The position numbers and the translations under genes are program-made. From the NCBI GenBank assembly GCA_043228905.1, contig JBHGNT010000013.1, positions 13,206,001-13,270,000 on the forward strand: 64,000 nucleotides of DNA, written 5' to 3'. Origin of the DNA: Azolla caroliniana (taxonomy: Eukaryota; Plantae; Polypodiophyta). Below are positions 26,106-38,544 of the stretch, piece after piece (within the stretch, counting starts at the first letter, position 1; every line of letters starts with the position of its first letter). The notes under the pieces are model-generated. The model was not told where the DNA came from and did not search any database. It saw nothing but the letters and a program-made list of their open reading frames with translations.

Positions 26106-29100
26106 ACGCACCTCGGGTGCTTCATCGAGGAAGAGGGCCAGATTATTGCGCAAGGGCGTAGAGACGGGAGGATGTTTATCCTTGACACCAATGACGTCGG
26201 AACCACTCTGTTTGCAAAAGGACAGAAGGTCGAATCAGACATCGACCTGTGGCACAAGCGGATAGGCCACGTCAATTACCGGAGGCTTCAAGACCTGCAA
26301 ACGAAACAAGTTGTTTTCGGTTTGCTGAAGTTTAGCGACTGGAAGGCCCAAGTATGTGAAGCCTGCCAACTCAGGAAGCAACGCCGGCTTCCATTCCCCA
26401 CCGAACGTAACCGGAGCCGTAACAAGCTCGACCTTATCCATTCGGATGTGTGGGGACCGGCATAGAATGTTAGTCTTGGTGGGAGTCGATATTTCGTCTC
26501 CTTCATCGACGACTATACGCGGCACACGTGGATCTACCTCATTGAGCGAAAGAGTGAAGTCTTCGAGTGTTTCCGGAGTCTCCAAAGCATGGTGGAACGG
26601 GAATCAGAGAGGAAGATCAAATGCCTACGGTCGGATGGCGGAAAAGAGTACTTTTTCGGCCAATTCAACAGTTATCTGCAACAAAAGGGAATTCGGCGAG
26701 AGTTCAGTTGTAGATACACACCGCAATAGAACAGTGTTGCCGAAAGGAAGAACCGGCCACTTATTGATGCAGCAAGGGCAATGCTGGAGGAGAAGAGCAT
26801 GCCCAAATTCTACTGGGCGGAGGCAGGTTGAACAACTGTCTACATCTAGAACCGGATCGGTGACAAGGTGTCAGCTCACGAGCTGTATTTCGGACGCAAG
26901 CCGAATTTGAGACACCTTAAGATCTTCAGTAGCATTGCATATGTGCATGTACCGGAAGAGAAGCGGAGGAAGCTGGATGCAAAATCGGAAAAATGCATCC
27001 TAATCGGCTATGCTCAAGAGCAGAAGGGTTATAAGTGTTATCACCCCCGGACAAAGCAGGTCCGAGTTAGTCGAGATGTCGAGTTCGATGAATCGGCATC
27101 GTGGTAATCCTTACCGGCTCCGACTTCCGAATCCGACCCGGTGCCGGTGGATGAGGCTAATGTGCCTGAACCAACCTAGGTAGAGGATGATGAAGCGTGG
27201 ACTCAGGATGAGAGTCCGGAATCATTCTGGTTGAGCGGGCCAAATGAGAGACTGAGTCAATGTGACCAGTCCGATGAGGAACCAGCGAGTAGTGGAAACT
27301 CCGTCGTGCACTCCCCATGCAAGGAACCGAGGCGACGGTTCACGCGCAAAGAGAAGGGGAAGAAGAAGATGCCGGAATTCGAAAACGGCAACGATGAGTC
27401 GGATCAGTGTGCATCCAACTCCGGTAAGGAGAAAGGCAGATCTTCGGCAACGAAGACCGAACCGGCCAAGAAGGGCCTCAAACCGGGTAACAGTGAGTTA
27501 CGTTGGTCCACCCACCAGAAGGATCCCGTCAAGCGGTATGGGTACAATGAGTACATGGCGCATCACTATGCGTACATGACTAAGGTGGCAGAAGTGCGTG
27601 AGCCGGAGAGCTACGCAGAAGCGGCCAAGGATGCAAATTGGCGTGCCGCTATGGAAGAAGAAATGCGGGCACTTGATGTCAACAAGACATGGGACCTGGT
27701 TGACCCTCCTCGTCATTGTAAACCGATTGGATGCAAGTGGGTATACAAGGTAAAATACAATGCCGACGGTTCTGTTAACCGGTATAAAGCCCAGTTAGTG
27801 GTGAAGGGATATGCGCAGACCCACGGAATCGACTACGACGAGACCTTCGCTCCGGTAGCGAAGATGACGACGGTTCGTGTGGTGCTGGCGGTTGCTGCAG
27901 CAAGGGGGTGGCATCTTCGCCAGATGGATGTGAAGAATGCGTTTCTTCAGGGTGATCTTAAAGAAGAAGTCTTTATGACTTAGCCCCCCGGCTTTGAATC
28001 GGAGATGAACAAGTCGGCGGTATGCCGGCTGAAGAAGTCGTTGTACGGCCTGAAGCAAGCCCCTCGAGCTTGGAATGCGAAGATCACGCACCGGTTGCAT
28101 AAGATGGGGTTTGTGGCCTCCAAATCAGACTCTTCATTGTTCATCCGGCAAGGCTTAGCCGGTCCGGTATGTATACTGTTGTATGTTGATGATCTAGTCA
28201 TCACCGGACCAGGAGTTCCAGAAATTAACCGCGTCAAGTCCCAGTTGTCAGACGCATTTGAGATGAAGGATCTGGGGGACCTTCATTATTTTCTAGGGAT
28301 CGAGGTGATCCGAACCCCGGACGGCATATTGCTCTCACAACGACATTACGTCTTGAATATGTTGTACAAGTTCGGCATGACAGAATACCGACTTGTCTCC
28401 ACACCCTTGAACCGGAACCAGAAGCTTCGTCCCAACTCCGGACCGGCCTGCAACGAGCAACGGTTCCGACAGATTGTCGGAAGCCTTATTTACTTGACTA
28501 TCACACGACCCGACATCAGCTATCCGATCGGAATGATAAGTCAGTTCATGCAGAAGCCAACCGTGGAGCACCTTCAATGCACGCAAAGGATATTGCGGTA
28601 TGTCAGCGGCACGAAGGACCAGGGACTATTATACCGGTGCGGTATACCCGAAGAGCTCGTCAGTTACACAGATGCCGACTGTGCCGGCGATGCATTAGAT
28701 CGTTGATCAACCTCCGGTTACATGTTTTCCCTAGGTAGCACGGTTGTTGCGTGGAGTAGCAAAAAGTAGCCAACAATTGCTCTGTCGAGCACTGAGACTG
28801 AGTATCAGGGCGCTACCATTGCCACCTGTGAAGCCATTTGGCTTCGACGACTGCTACAAGACCTACGGATCGAGGTACCGACCCCGATTCTGGTCTACTG
28901 CGACAACATAAGCAGCATGTAACTCGCCAAGAACCCTGTGTTCCATGCTCGCACGAAGCACATAGAAGTGCACTATCACTTTGTGCATGAGCGGGTCCTG
29001 AGCGGTGAAGTTGAACTACGGTATGTTCACACGGATCGACAAGTTGTCAATATCTTCACCAAGTCGCTCGGATCGGACAAGTTGCAACACTTTATCGACA

Positions 29101-29130
29101 TGCTTGGTGTTTAGCATCTCAACGTGCCAC
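26106..29130 (+). pseudogene. Element B pol remainder (integrase, RT, RNase H), many C>T stops
   Basis: [42 protein letters not shown] and RTKHIEVHYHFV. Confidence 0.93.
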
Positions 29131-30077
29131 ACTTGAGGGGGAGAACGGACAGAGACACTGGAACGGGCAAAGGCAAAGAGACTGTCGATTGCGCCGGTGA
29201 GGGAAGAACATAAGGTGACAGAGTCAAGAAGGACAGAGCCGACCGAAGGAAGAAGGCCAAGACCCGGACATGGTCCGATGTGGTAATGGGCTTGGAATCA
29301 GAAGACGAATTGGGAACAACCGATTCAGACAAGAGCTGGAATGAATCGGAGACAGTTAATTCGGTTCAAAAGACAGATTCGGAAGAACCGGACCAATTCA
29401 AGGCCAAGTAGACACGGATGCAGCGGAAGTCGATGCCATCGCGGAGGAACCGACGGATCGGCAAGTGTCGGAGTCATAGCAGCAAAGGAGCTGAGAGAGG
29501 CCTATTGAGCAGACATGTCGACCAAGAAGGTCGAGGCGCGCAGAACCAGAAGGGTCGCGGCAAACGGGACGGGACTAGACGAGGAGTGCGAGCAAGGAGA
29601 AGCGACGCCAGGAGAAGTCGGTTGGAAGAACCGACTGCCACAGAGACTGACACTAAGATCCAACCTCAAGTTGAGCTTGAGGGGGAGTGTTGAGCGGCAA
29701 GCTCAACTGGAGCCGGATTGGCTGAATAAGCCTGAGCTGGCAAGCGACCGAGCCGGTAAGCAACAAAGCTGTGAGCTGGGGAGCCGGTTTGCCGGATCCA
29801 ATCAGTAACCGGAAGCCTAGTACTAGTGTAGACGACCAGGCAATTATAGTCTCGTAGTAAGTGACAGATGCTCGTGCAAGCATTGAAGTACGCGGTACTT
29901 CTGTTAGTCCCACGAGGACTTGTATAAATAATGCTACGGAGCATAGTTGTAAGTACATAGTGTTTTATATATTTTTGAATATAGCTTTGAGGTTCTGCTC
30001 TCTCTATCTCTCCCGGGTACTCTATGTATTCCCTAATTTCTCTGTTTTTCTAACGCTTCCGCAAGTAATCGTTTACA

Positions 30078-33000
30078 GATTTCAACCATCACCCTAGAAC
30101 AATTATGCCAAGAAGGAGCAAAAGAAGATTTATTCTTATTAGCCATATCAGTTGCACCTTCTAATGACACTCAAGGGAAGTCAGAGGTCTACATTCCTAA
30201 AAGTGCCAAGAATATGTTGATGTCTTTGACAAAGTCAAAGCTAGTGTACTTCCAAAGCATCAGCCATACGATTGTCCCATTAATCTACAACTAGGAAAAG
30301 AGCCACCATGGGGTCCGATCTACAATCTGTCACCAACGGAGCTTGAGGTTCTTCGAGCATACATTGACGAGAATCTTGCAAGTGGATTTATTCGACATTC
30401 AAAGTCTCCAGCTGGTGCTCCTATCTTTTTCGTGAAGAAAAAGGACGACTCGCTTTGTTTGGTCGTGGATTATCGGGGATTAAATAAAGTGACAATAAGA
30501 AATAGGTATGCTCTACCTTTAATTTCCAGTCTTTTAGAGCGCATTGGTGGGGCAAAGCATTTTACCAAGATTGATCTAAGGGGTGCATATAATCTTGTCC
30601 GTATTCGACCAAGAGATGAGTGGAAGACTACATTTCACACTCGATATGGCCATTTCGAGTATACAGTTATGCCTTTTGAGCTCACAAATACGCCTGCTGT
30701 GTTTCAACATATGGCAAATGATATTTTCCGAGATTTTCTAGATATATTTCTTATCATCTATTTAGATGATCTATTGATTTACTATAGAACACAAGCGGAG
30801 CATGATATACATGTCTGGAAGGTACTCCAACGCTTAAGAGAGTATGGTCTTTATGCCAAACTAGAGAAGTGCACTTTTGATTGCAAAGAAGTTGAGTTCT
30901 TGGGTTATACCATTTCATCCAAAGGTATCTTCATGGATCCAACGAAAGTTCAAACAGTATTGGAATGGCATACTCCAAGTTCCGTCCGCGATGTCCAGTG
31001 TTTCCTTGGATTTGCCAACTTCTACCGCAAATTCATATGGAATTATTCGAAGATCGTGTTGCCGCTTACTCAACTCACCAAGAAAAATCAAGCATTTGTT
31101 TGGATTCCTGAAGCAGACAAAGCCTTTACTCAGTTGAAAGAGGCATTCACATCAACTCCTGTCTTAGCTAATGTTGATCCAGAAAAGCCATTTATCATTG
31201 AGGCAGATGCATTCGACTTTGAATTGGGGAGCATCCTATCACAACTGGGTGAAGATGGGCACTTACATCCAGTTGCGTTTCACTCAAAAAAGTTTAATGT
31301 TGCGGATATCAACTACGAGGTGCATGACAAAGAGTTACTAGTTGTGGTCGACTCTTTTGCGCAATGGCAACATTTCCTGGAAGGTTCACCTCATCAAATC
31401 ATCATTTATAGTGACCACAAAAATCTTACATATTTTCAAACGGCTCGAGTGCTAAATAGGTGACAAGCTTGGTGGGCACAAATTTTAACTCGTTTTGATT
31501 TCAAGATCATTTTCCGCCTAGGGAACCAACAAGGGCAAGATGCTCTATCTCGACGCTCATATTTGGCACTTCGCCCTGGAGATCCAACTTTCGACAATCA
31601 AAAGCAAGTTCTCCTTGGTTCAACAAAGCTACAAGCAACCACGGTTTGTGCCACACCATTGGATTCAAGTCTTCTTGATACTATTCGACAACAACTTAAC
31701 TCTGATGATTTTGCTAAGGATGTCTTCGCCCACCTTGGTCCAAATCATGCATTTTGCTCCACATTGCCAGGGACATCGCAACGCTATAAGGAGTTCAAGT
31801 GGCAATATAACTTACTTTTCTACAAGAATCTACTTTATGTCCCTGATGGATCACTACGCCTTCGAGTGTTGGAGCACTATCATGATGCGCGTATGGCCGG
31901 ACACTTTGGTATTGCCAAGACTATGGAGCTAGTGAAGCGATCATTTTGGTGGCCTCATTTACAACAATTAGTTGAAGATTATGTTCACACATGTGATACA
32001 TGTTGTCGAGCTAAAATGCCTAGGCATCATCCTTATGGGTTGTTACAACCATTGCCGACTCCCGCGCAAGCCATGGTAGTCAATTACTATGGATTTCATT
32101 ACAGGTCTGCCACCTTCACAAGGTTTTGATGCTATTTTAACCGTAGTGGATTGATTTACCAAGATGGCACATTTTCTACCCTGTGTAAAAAGCATTAGTA
32201 GTCAAGAAACAACATATATCATTATGTGTGAAGTATTTCGCTATCATGGTCTTCCAAACGACATAATTAGTGATCGTGGACCGCAATTTATCTCTCCCTT
32301 TTGGAAACACCTATGTGACGGGCTCCAAATCTCTTGCAAACTCTCTTCAGCATATCATCCCGAAACTGATGGCCAAAATGAGTGCACAAATCAAACACTT
32401 GAACAGTATCTTCGATGTTTCATCAGTTATCAACAAGATGATTGGAGTCATATATTGCATCTTGCAGAGTTTGCATACAATAACACCATACACTCTTCTC
32501 CCAAGGTCACACCTTTCTATGCATATATTGGAAACCATCCTCAATGGTGTCTCTTGGACATTCCAGTGATCTCACCAAACCCTAGTGCAGAGCAACACCT
32601 CCACCGACTACAACACCTTCAGTCTGAGTTGTCTTCACATCTTCAGAAAGCTCAAGCCCAACATAAGGCCCATGCAAATCGACATCGTCTTCTGTCTCCA
32701 TTCAAGGTTGGTGATCGGGTATGGTTGTTATGCCGTCACATAAAGACTACTCGACCGTGTGATAAACTAGATTATAAATGCTTGGGTCCTTTTGTCATCA
32801 TGAAGCAGATTGAGCAACATTCTGTCTTGATCTTCCTGCAAATTTGCGGCTTCATCCAATCTTTCACAACTCTCTTTTGGAACCTTACCACACCAGCTCG
32901 ATTCCCAATCGTGTCGTGCCGCCACCGCCTCCTCTCCAACTTGTTGATGGACCAAAGTACGAGGTAGCCTCCATTCTTGATTCAAAGATTGTGCGCAATA

Positions 33001-33250
33001 AGTTGTATTATCTAGTTGATTGGCTAGGCTATACTCCGAGAAGTACGAGGTAGCCTCCATTCTTGATTCAAAGATTGTGTGCAATAAGTTGTATTATCTA
33101 GTTGATTAGCTAGGCTATACTCCGAGCAATCGCACATGGGAACCCGTCGATAATGTTTGTAATGCTCAGGCTCTTATTGACGACTTCCATCGTCACTATC
33201 CCAACAAACCCGGCCCTACATTGTTAACAACTCCTTCCACTCGCCGTTTT
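30078..33250 (+). pseudogene. Element A pol remainder (RT, RNase H, integrase, chromodomain)
   Basis: DYRGLN, KIDLRGAY, IYLDDLLI, SDHKNL, ISDRGPQF and YEVASILDSK..YLVDWLGY..TWEP. Confidence 0.94.
32955..33126 (+). repeat. 86-bp tandem duplication in the chromodomain of A
   Basis: AAGTACGAGGTAGCC...TACTCCGAG at 32955 and again at 33041. Confidence 0.92.
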
Positions 33251-33658
33251 AAGAGGAGGGATAGTGTCATGAATCCGTGAACATTATGTGGCTTCACTTG
33301 GGCTTGAACCCAAGATCATTAAGATAACATATGATTATATGAAATAATAAAAGCTACTTCTTGTAATAGACTGATATTATAAATGTTCTAGAACATTCCA
33401 GAATATCCTAGAACATCTTAGAATATTCTAGAACATTATAGAAATCACTAGGTTATTCTATAGGAACCTATAAATATGGACATACAATTCTTCTCAAACC
33501 AATTCGAATCAACACAAGTCTTAAGCTCTCATCGCCTATCTTGTATCCATTCTTATTCTACTTTAATACATTCATTCTTCTCTTATCATTTCATTCCTCT
33601 TCTTGTGATCTCTTTATATCTTTCTTCTATCACTTTACCTTCTCTCTTGGTTCTGACA

Positions 33659-34975
33659 GTTGTTCCAAATGAGACTCTCGTCTTCCTCTTATCGTGTATT
33701 CAGCATACTCTTTCCACTTTGGTCCAATCCTCAGTGAGGCCATTTGCACCGTAATCTTCTTCGAGTTTGAGTCCAATGGCCATCCTTTCCCTTTGATCGA
33801 TCAACTTTACGAACATTAAGACTTTATTCGCCCCCACCAATCCTTGATCCCGCTCCGAGAGTTGAGCGAAGCGATACTCAAACTCAATGAATGCATGCAT
33901 AGCACTCTGGTGGGTCTTCCTCAATGACACCCATTGGTCAAACTCGTATAGACCTCGTCCCTTTGCCTCTTCATAACCATATGTCTCTCGTAAAGCTTCT
34001 TTGAAGGACACCCACGAATCGTGAGCTTTTTGAAGCTCTTTCATCTCTTCGTAGATTGGTTTGGTCACCACTCGATAAAAGTACTCCAACCTTATTGCTT
34101 CATTCACACCTCTTGAATCCATTTCGGCATTGTAGGCCTTTAGAAAAATTTGAACTTTGCCCCCATCGAAACAACCGACTCGCTCGACCGCGCTTTCGAC
34201 GGCTTGTTGGGCCGCATCTCGTCTTTTCCCTTCTCTCAAAAATTCCATCATCATCTTTGACATTGCCTTCATGAAATATTCCTCGTCCATCTTCATCCTC
34301 CCCTACCGCTCTTCACATCGGGTTCACCAAATGATGTCGCGAAAATGCTTGCGTGCGTGTGCTACTTGAGTGGAACCATTGGGGTCTCGAACTAAGGAGG
34401 ACGTTTGATGAACTTAAAAGACAATGATGTGGATGTTTGAGTCGAGGAAGACAATGTCACACTTGAAAAGATTAAGAAAATTGATACACTTGAGAGAAGA
34501 TGATTAATTAGAAAAAGATAAATGAGAGTATTATATTGATGATGGTGGTGATGGTGAGATCACATATTAAGCCCCCCCTTACACAAGCCTTACAAGGGTT
34601 TTTATAGGACTATGATCTATCCATGCTTCTAACATGCACAAAACCATGGGCTTGGACCCATGGTTTTTGGGCACACGGTTTTTCTTGTGACATAGCCCAT
34701 GGTTTTGTGCACACGGTTTTGTATGGTTGTTTCCTATGCCTTTTGAATATGAAAATAAATATATAATACATTTAAAGTACTTGGTAGTAGCCCTAATGGT
34801 AAGATAAATGCCTTTTATCTTGTAGGTGCAAGGTTCAAATCTTGCTTGCACCCTTCTATATGCACTCGAATGCCACCCTAGGCTAATTTTCATATTTATA
34901 ATCGTTTGTTTGTGTAATGTGCGTGGAACCACACTATTTCACAATTTCTCCCATTGGATACGCAACATCATGACA
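33659..34975 (-). mobile_element. Element E: 5' LTR, Trp PBS and gag of a C-related gypsy; gag continues at 8579 to ~8440
   Basis: LTR 34335-34975. PBS TGGTGAACCCGATGTG at 34314-34329. Gag SAVERVGCFDGGKV..FLKAYNAEM resembles C gag, and the frame continues across the TSD of A. Confidence 0.85.
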
Positions 34976-35045
34976 ATGGCACCCATTGGAGATCCGGACG
35001 AGTTTGAAGGCTGATAAAGTTCTATCAACCAGGCCTTGACTACGT

Positions 35046-36098
35046 TGTCGTGGAAATTCGCAGCTTCATGTTGAAATGGGGCAGAACCAGTAGGGTCTCG
35101 AACCAGTTGGTGAGACGGGAATAATGTCTGGGTCAGTTTCCGGATCGGCCTCTAGATGACCTCGCTGGATTGGATTCCGAACAGAACCCGATCCGAATCA
35201 GCTCCCAGATGTCGAACTGTGAGCACACGAGCTCGGAGACATACTGTTCTGGACCGGTTGCTAGATAGCAGTGATGAGCTCATAGGCTCACGTACTCAGG
35301 TACGCACACTCAGCACAAAGAGAACATATGTAAGAACTCGACTACTCCCAAATGCACACAAAGGGACTCAACAAATTGTATTGATTTAACAGAGAGAAAT
35401 AGAATGATTACAACCGGACGTGGCCGACAAAGGAACTTGAGCTCTATATGCACGCACATAGACACTGAACAATGGGCCTCTGGTCGGGAGCGCACGGGCT
35501 TCCTACGCGAGCAGAGGGCTCCACCTTCCTCCTGAAATTAGCACAGAACAGGGAAACGGAGGGAACGATAGAGCTCGAATCTCAAACCGGCAACGCTTCA
35601 TTCTCTTCCTTGGTCCCTCCTTCTCAGTCTTCTCCCCCTTCCTCTTTTCTCTCATGTTGTTAAGATAACCGCTTTTCTCTCAGATCTTCCTCTTGATTTT
35701 CTCCCTTCAACCCCCTTTATTCCTCTCCATTCGTGTGGTCTTAATGTACCTATCGAATCACTCCTACCTAGTATTCTTCAACACTCCACTATTACTATGT
35801 TATTTACACATGTTTGTACATAAAGACAGTTTAGTGCGCATCCGTGCACACCCGAGTTCACGCACATCTGGCTCCGTTTTCTTCCTCTGGCGTTTGCCTC
35901 GTCACGGCTTCTCTTTGTTGCCTCGTCGTCTAGACGACATCCATTCCCCGATGTTCTTCTGTGTACTCACAAATCGACCAGGCATGCCAAAAGTGTTATC
36001 AGCCCAAGGTAACACGATGTCAGATACTTGTCCATTAGTATTCGATTCAAGGTCTTGTGGTTTGGGAGTCATAGTGGGATCGTCTCGCTTTTGAAACA
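35046..36098 (-). mobile_element. Element F: 3' LTR (35046-35939), PPT and integrase tail of a probable C-related gypsy
   Basis: TGTCG...CGACA termini. Purine tract GGGGAATGGA at 35940-35949. LFQKRDD resembles IFKKRTDD of C. Confidence 0.65.
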
Positions 36099-37099
36099 AT
36101 AGTAATAACCCACGTAGGAATAAAATAGGGTGTGATTGTGCAACTGTGGAGATGAACACAAGCCGGTTACAACCGACTGGTTATGAACGCATTATGCAAG
36201 AACGTAAGGACTCGACATAGATAAATTACGACACAATACACAGTGTATCAGGCAAACATAATTCTATTAGTAAAGACATAGTTGATACAATACTATTAGA
36301 CTCATTTTACAAGCTTCCCATGACCCTTTTTATAGGGATCATGGACGGTTACGAACGGAGCGTGAATCGTTACTAGTATTAAATATTTACGATTTTTCCT
36401 TCCTGCTTCTTTACTACTTCGCTTGGCCCTGCCCACTTTTAATTCGACTCGTAACCACTTTTCGGCCTTTTCACACATGACTGTTTGAACCGGCCAACAA
36501 TCAACGACTAAATTTGGATTGCCCCATGAGTATTTCCTTGAATCCCCTCCGCTTGGGACAATGCCATGGGGTCTTTATTATGAGACATGAAAATATAACG
36601 TCTGGCAAAGAAATGGGATGGGGTCAGACAGATAACCATAACATAATGTCGTGATGTAAACATATCATGGGCCAACATTAATCAATATCATGATCTTACG
36701 TCAATACCCCTCTAGATGTATGAGATGACGTTCAAGATCAAGTAACTATGGTAACACAAAGATGTTTGAAAAACCATGGGGTTGACAAGGGAACATCTTT
36801 CCCGAATCTCTATATCGATTTTTTCATGGCGGCTCCCCGAGGCTCAACAATGTTTGTTCGCGTCATGAATAGTTTATACATGAAAAAATGTAGTAATAAA
36901 ATATGTCTCTACACCCACCCATGTGGTTTTGGCTCTTTAAGTCCTATTACAAGAAAGTGAGGGAGGTTGATTCTTGGTGTTGATAGAAGCAAGGATTCCT
37001 ATAGCCAAATTTCCTCAAACTTGGTTTCCTCAGAGCCATATTTCATTGAACATGGTTTCCTCAAACCAAGATTCCTTACGTTGAATTCCTCAAAAGGGG

Positions 37100-38544
37100 T
37101 ATTACACAAGGGCTACCCATGAAGAGTCCTAAATCTTCTCTCATGACATCATGTCCTCCCCAGTTCAGGTTCCATGCGGTCCTGCTCGGGTACCACATGC
37201 ACATGCATTTATACAACACAATTATAAGTGCACCTACATAAATTAAGAAGAGGAAAACACCAAGAGTGCAATCATGTGCCCAACATGTGCTCATGCAAGC
37301 CTTCATTAACAACGCCACTAAATCCATCTTCCATGGTTCTAAACCCCCATGGACCCTATGTCGTTCATACCTTTCTTGTGGATTATTGGAATGATGTTGA
37401 TTTATCAATTGTCCAATGTCAATATATATTTGGACATTCATATTTGCAACATGGGCTTCTTTGGTTGGAGTGTTAAAATCTCCTTTCTAGTGGGCATTTT
37501 CTCAAGGGGATGTCATAATGATGTCTCCACATTCTTGGATTGGGTTTGCTTTTGATGCTCAAAATGGGGTTTGAGATCCATTTGCCAAGTTAAAAGACAT
37601 TTGGTACATGAATTCTTCATGTTGTATATTTTGGGGAGGTGGACATGAGGAGTCAACAATTTGTAGGGCACCATGTTTTCGATTTTCATTGTTCCATCAC
37701 GACGTTGTAGGTCCATTATGAGGTATGCAGGGATGAGAATGCAATGGGTACAATGCATATAGATCATGCTTTGCAGTTATCAGATCATGCTCCTGTCTAG
37801 CTAGACCTTGATTTTGGGAATCATTCCTATGAAGTGCATCTCCAAAGGAAGATACTTATGCTCATTAACAACAACTACCTCAAGCATGAACTCTTCAAGA
37901 GGATGATCTATGACATAATACCTCCTCTTTATGTATAAGTCAACATAGATGATGATATAGCATGGGTACATTTTGTACATAGATTACAAACAATAATACA
38001 AGAGTATGGGAAGTGGTATGTCTCAAGACAGAGAGATGACACTCAACAAGCCAAATTTACTTGTCAAGCCCTAATGGAGTTAGCACATAGAAGATCTTTG
38101 ACTTTACATGAAGAGGATGCATTGTGTATGGCCAAACACACATTGATGCTACATGACAAAATAAATTGGAAAAATGGCAAGTTAGGTCAAGACAAATTCC
38201 ATTGAAAGACAAAGGATGGTCTTCTAAATCCTTCTTCAAATGGTTGCATTTAATACGCCAAAGGGAATCCATTAAATTCATCAAAACTGGTGATGGTTTG
38301 TGGACTACAAACCGACTTGAACTAGCCAAGGAATGTGTAACTCACTTCTCTCACATCTTTGAGAACAATGTCGTTGCTACAGATGCAATTAAACATGCTA
38401 GAGATACATTCTTGTCACTAGTTCAACCCACTATCTGTGTTGATAAAGCTATTGCTTTGGATGCAACATTCACAATGGAGGAGCTCTTGGACGTTCGAAA
38501 GGGCCTCGGGAAAGGCAAAGCGCCTAGTTGGGATGATATTACGT
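37100..38544 (+). pseudogene. L1-like LINE ORF2, endonuclease end and pre-RT linker
   Basis: LSDHAPV at ~37777 (APE motif), then SSKSFFK, HFSHIF and FTMEEL..LGKGKAPSWDDITLE. The start coordinate is approximate. Confidence 0.75.

Larger units (their letters stand above)
10800..30077 (+). mobile_element. Element B: full-length Ty1/copia (resembles seed-free-plant Bryco/Lyco-type), interrupted by gypsy C
   Basis: LTRs 10800-11214 and 29688-30077 (TGTTGAG...TTTACA). TSD GATTT. tRNA-iMet PBS TGGTATCAGAGC at 11215-11226. PPT GAGGGGGAG. Lineage name is an inference. Confidence 0.96.
8580..33658 (+). mobile_element. Element A: full-length Tcn1-like Ty3/gypsy chromovirus, interrupted by copia B
   Basis: LTRs 8580-9016 and 33265-33658 (TGTCATG...CTGACA). 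TSD GTTGT on both sides. PPT AAGAGGAGGGATAG at 33251-33264. Order gag, PR, RT, RH, INT, chromodomain. Confidence 0.96.

Noticed and set aside
36100-36850. LTR-like DNA with a PPT-like AGAGGGGTAT at ~36704-36713 (minus strand)
   Set aside because: No partner LTR, TSD or recognisable coding domain, so boundaries could not be supported.
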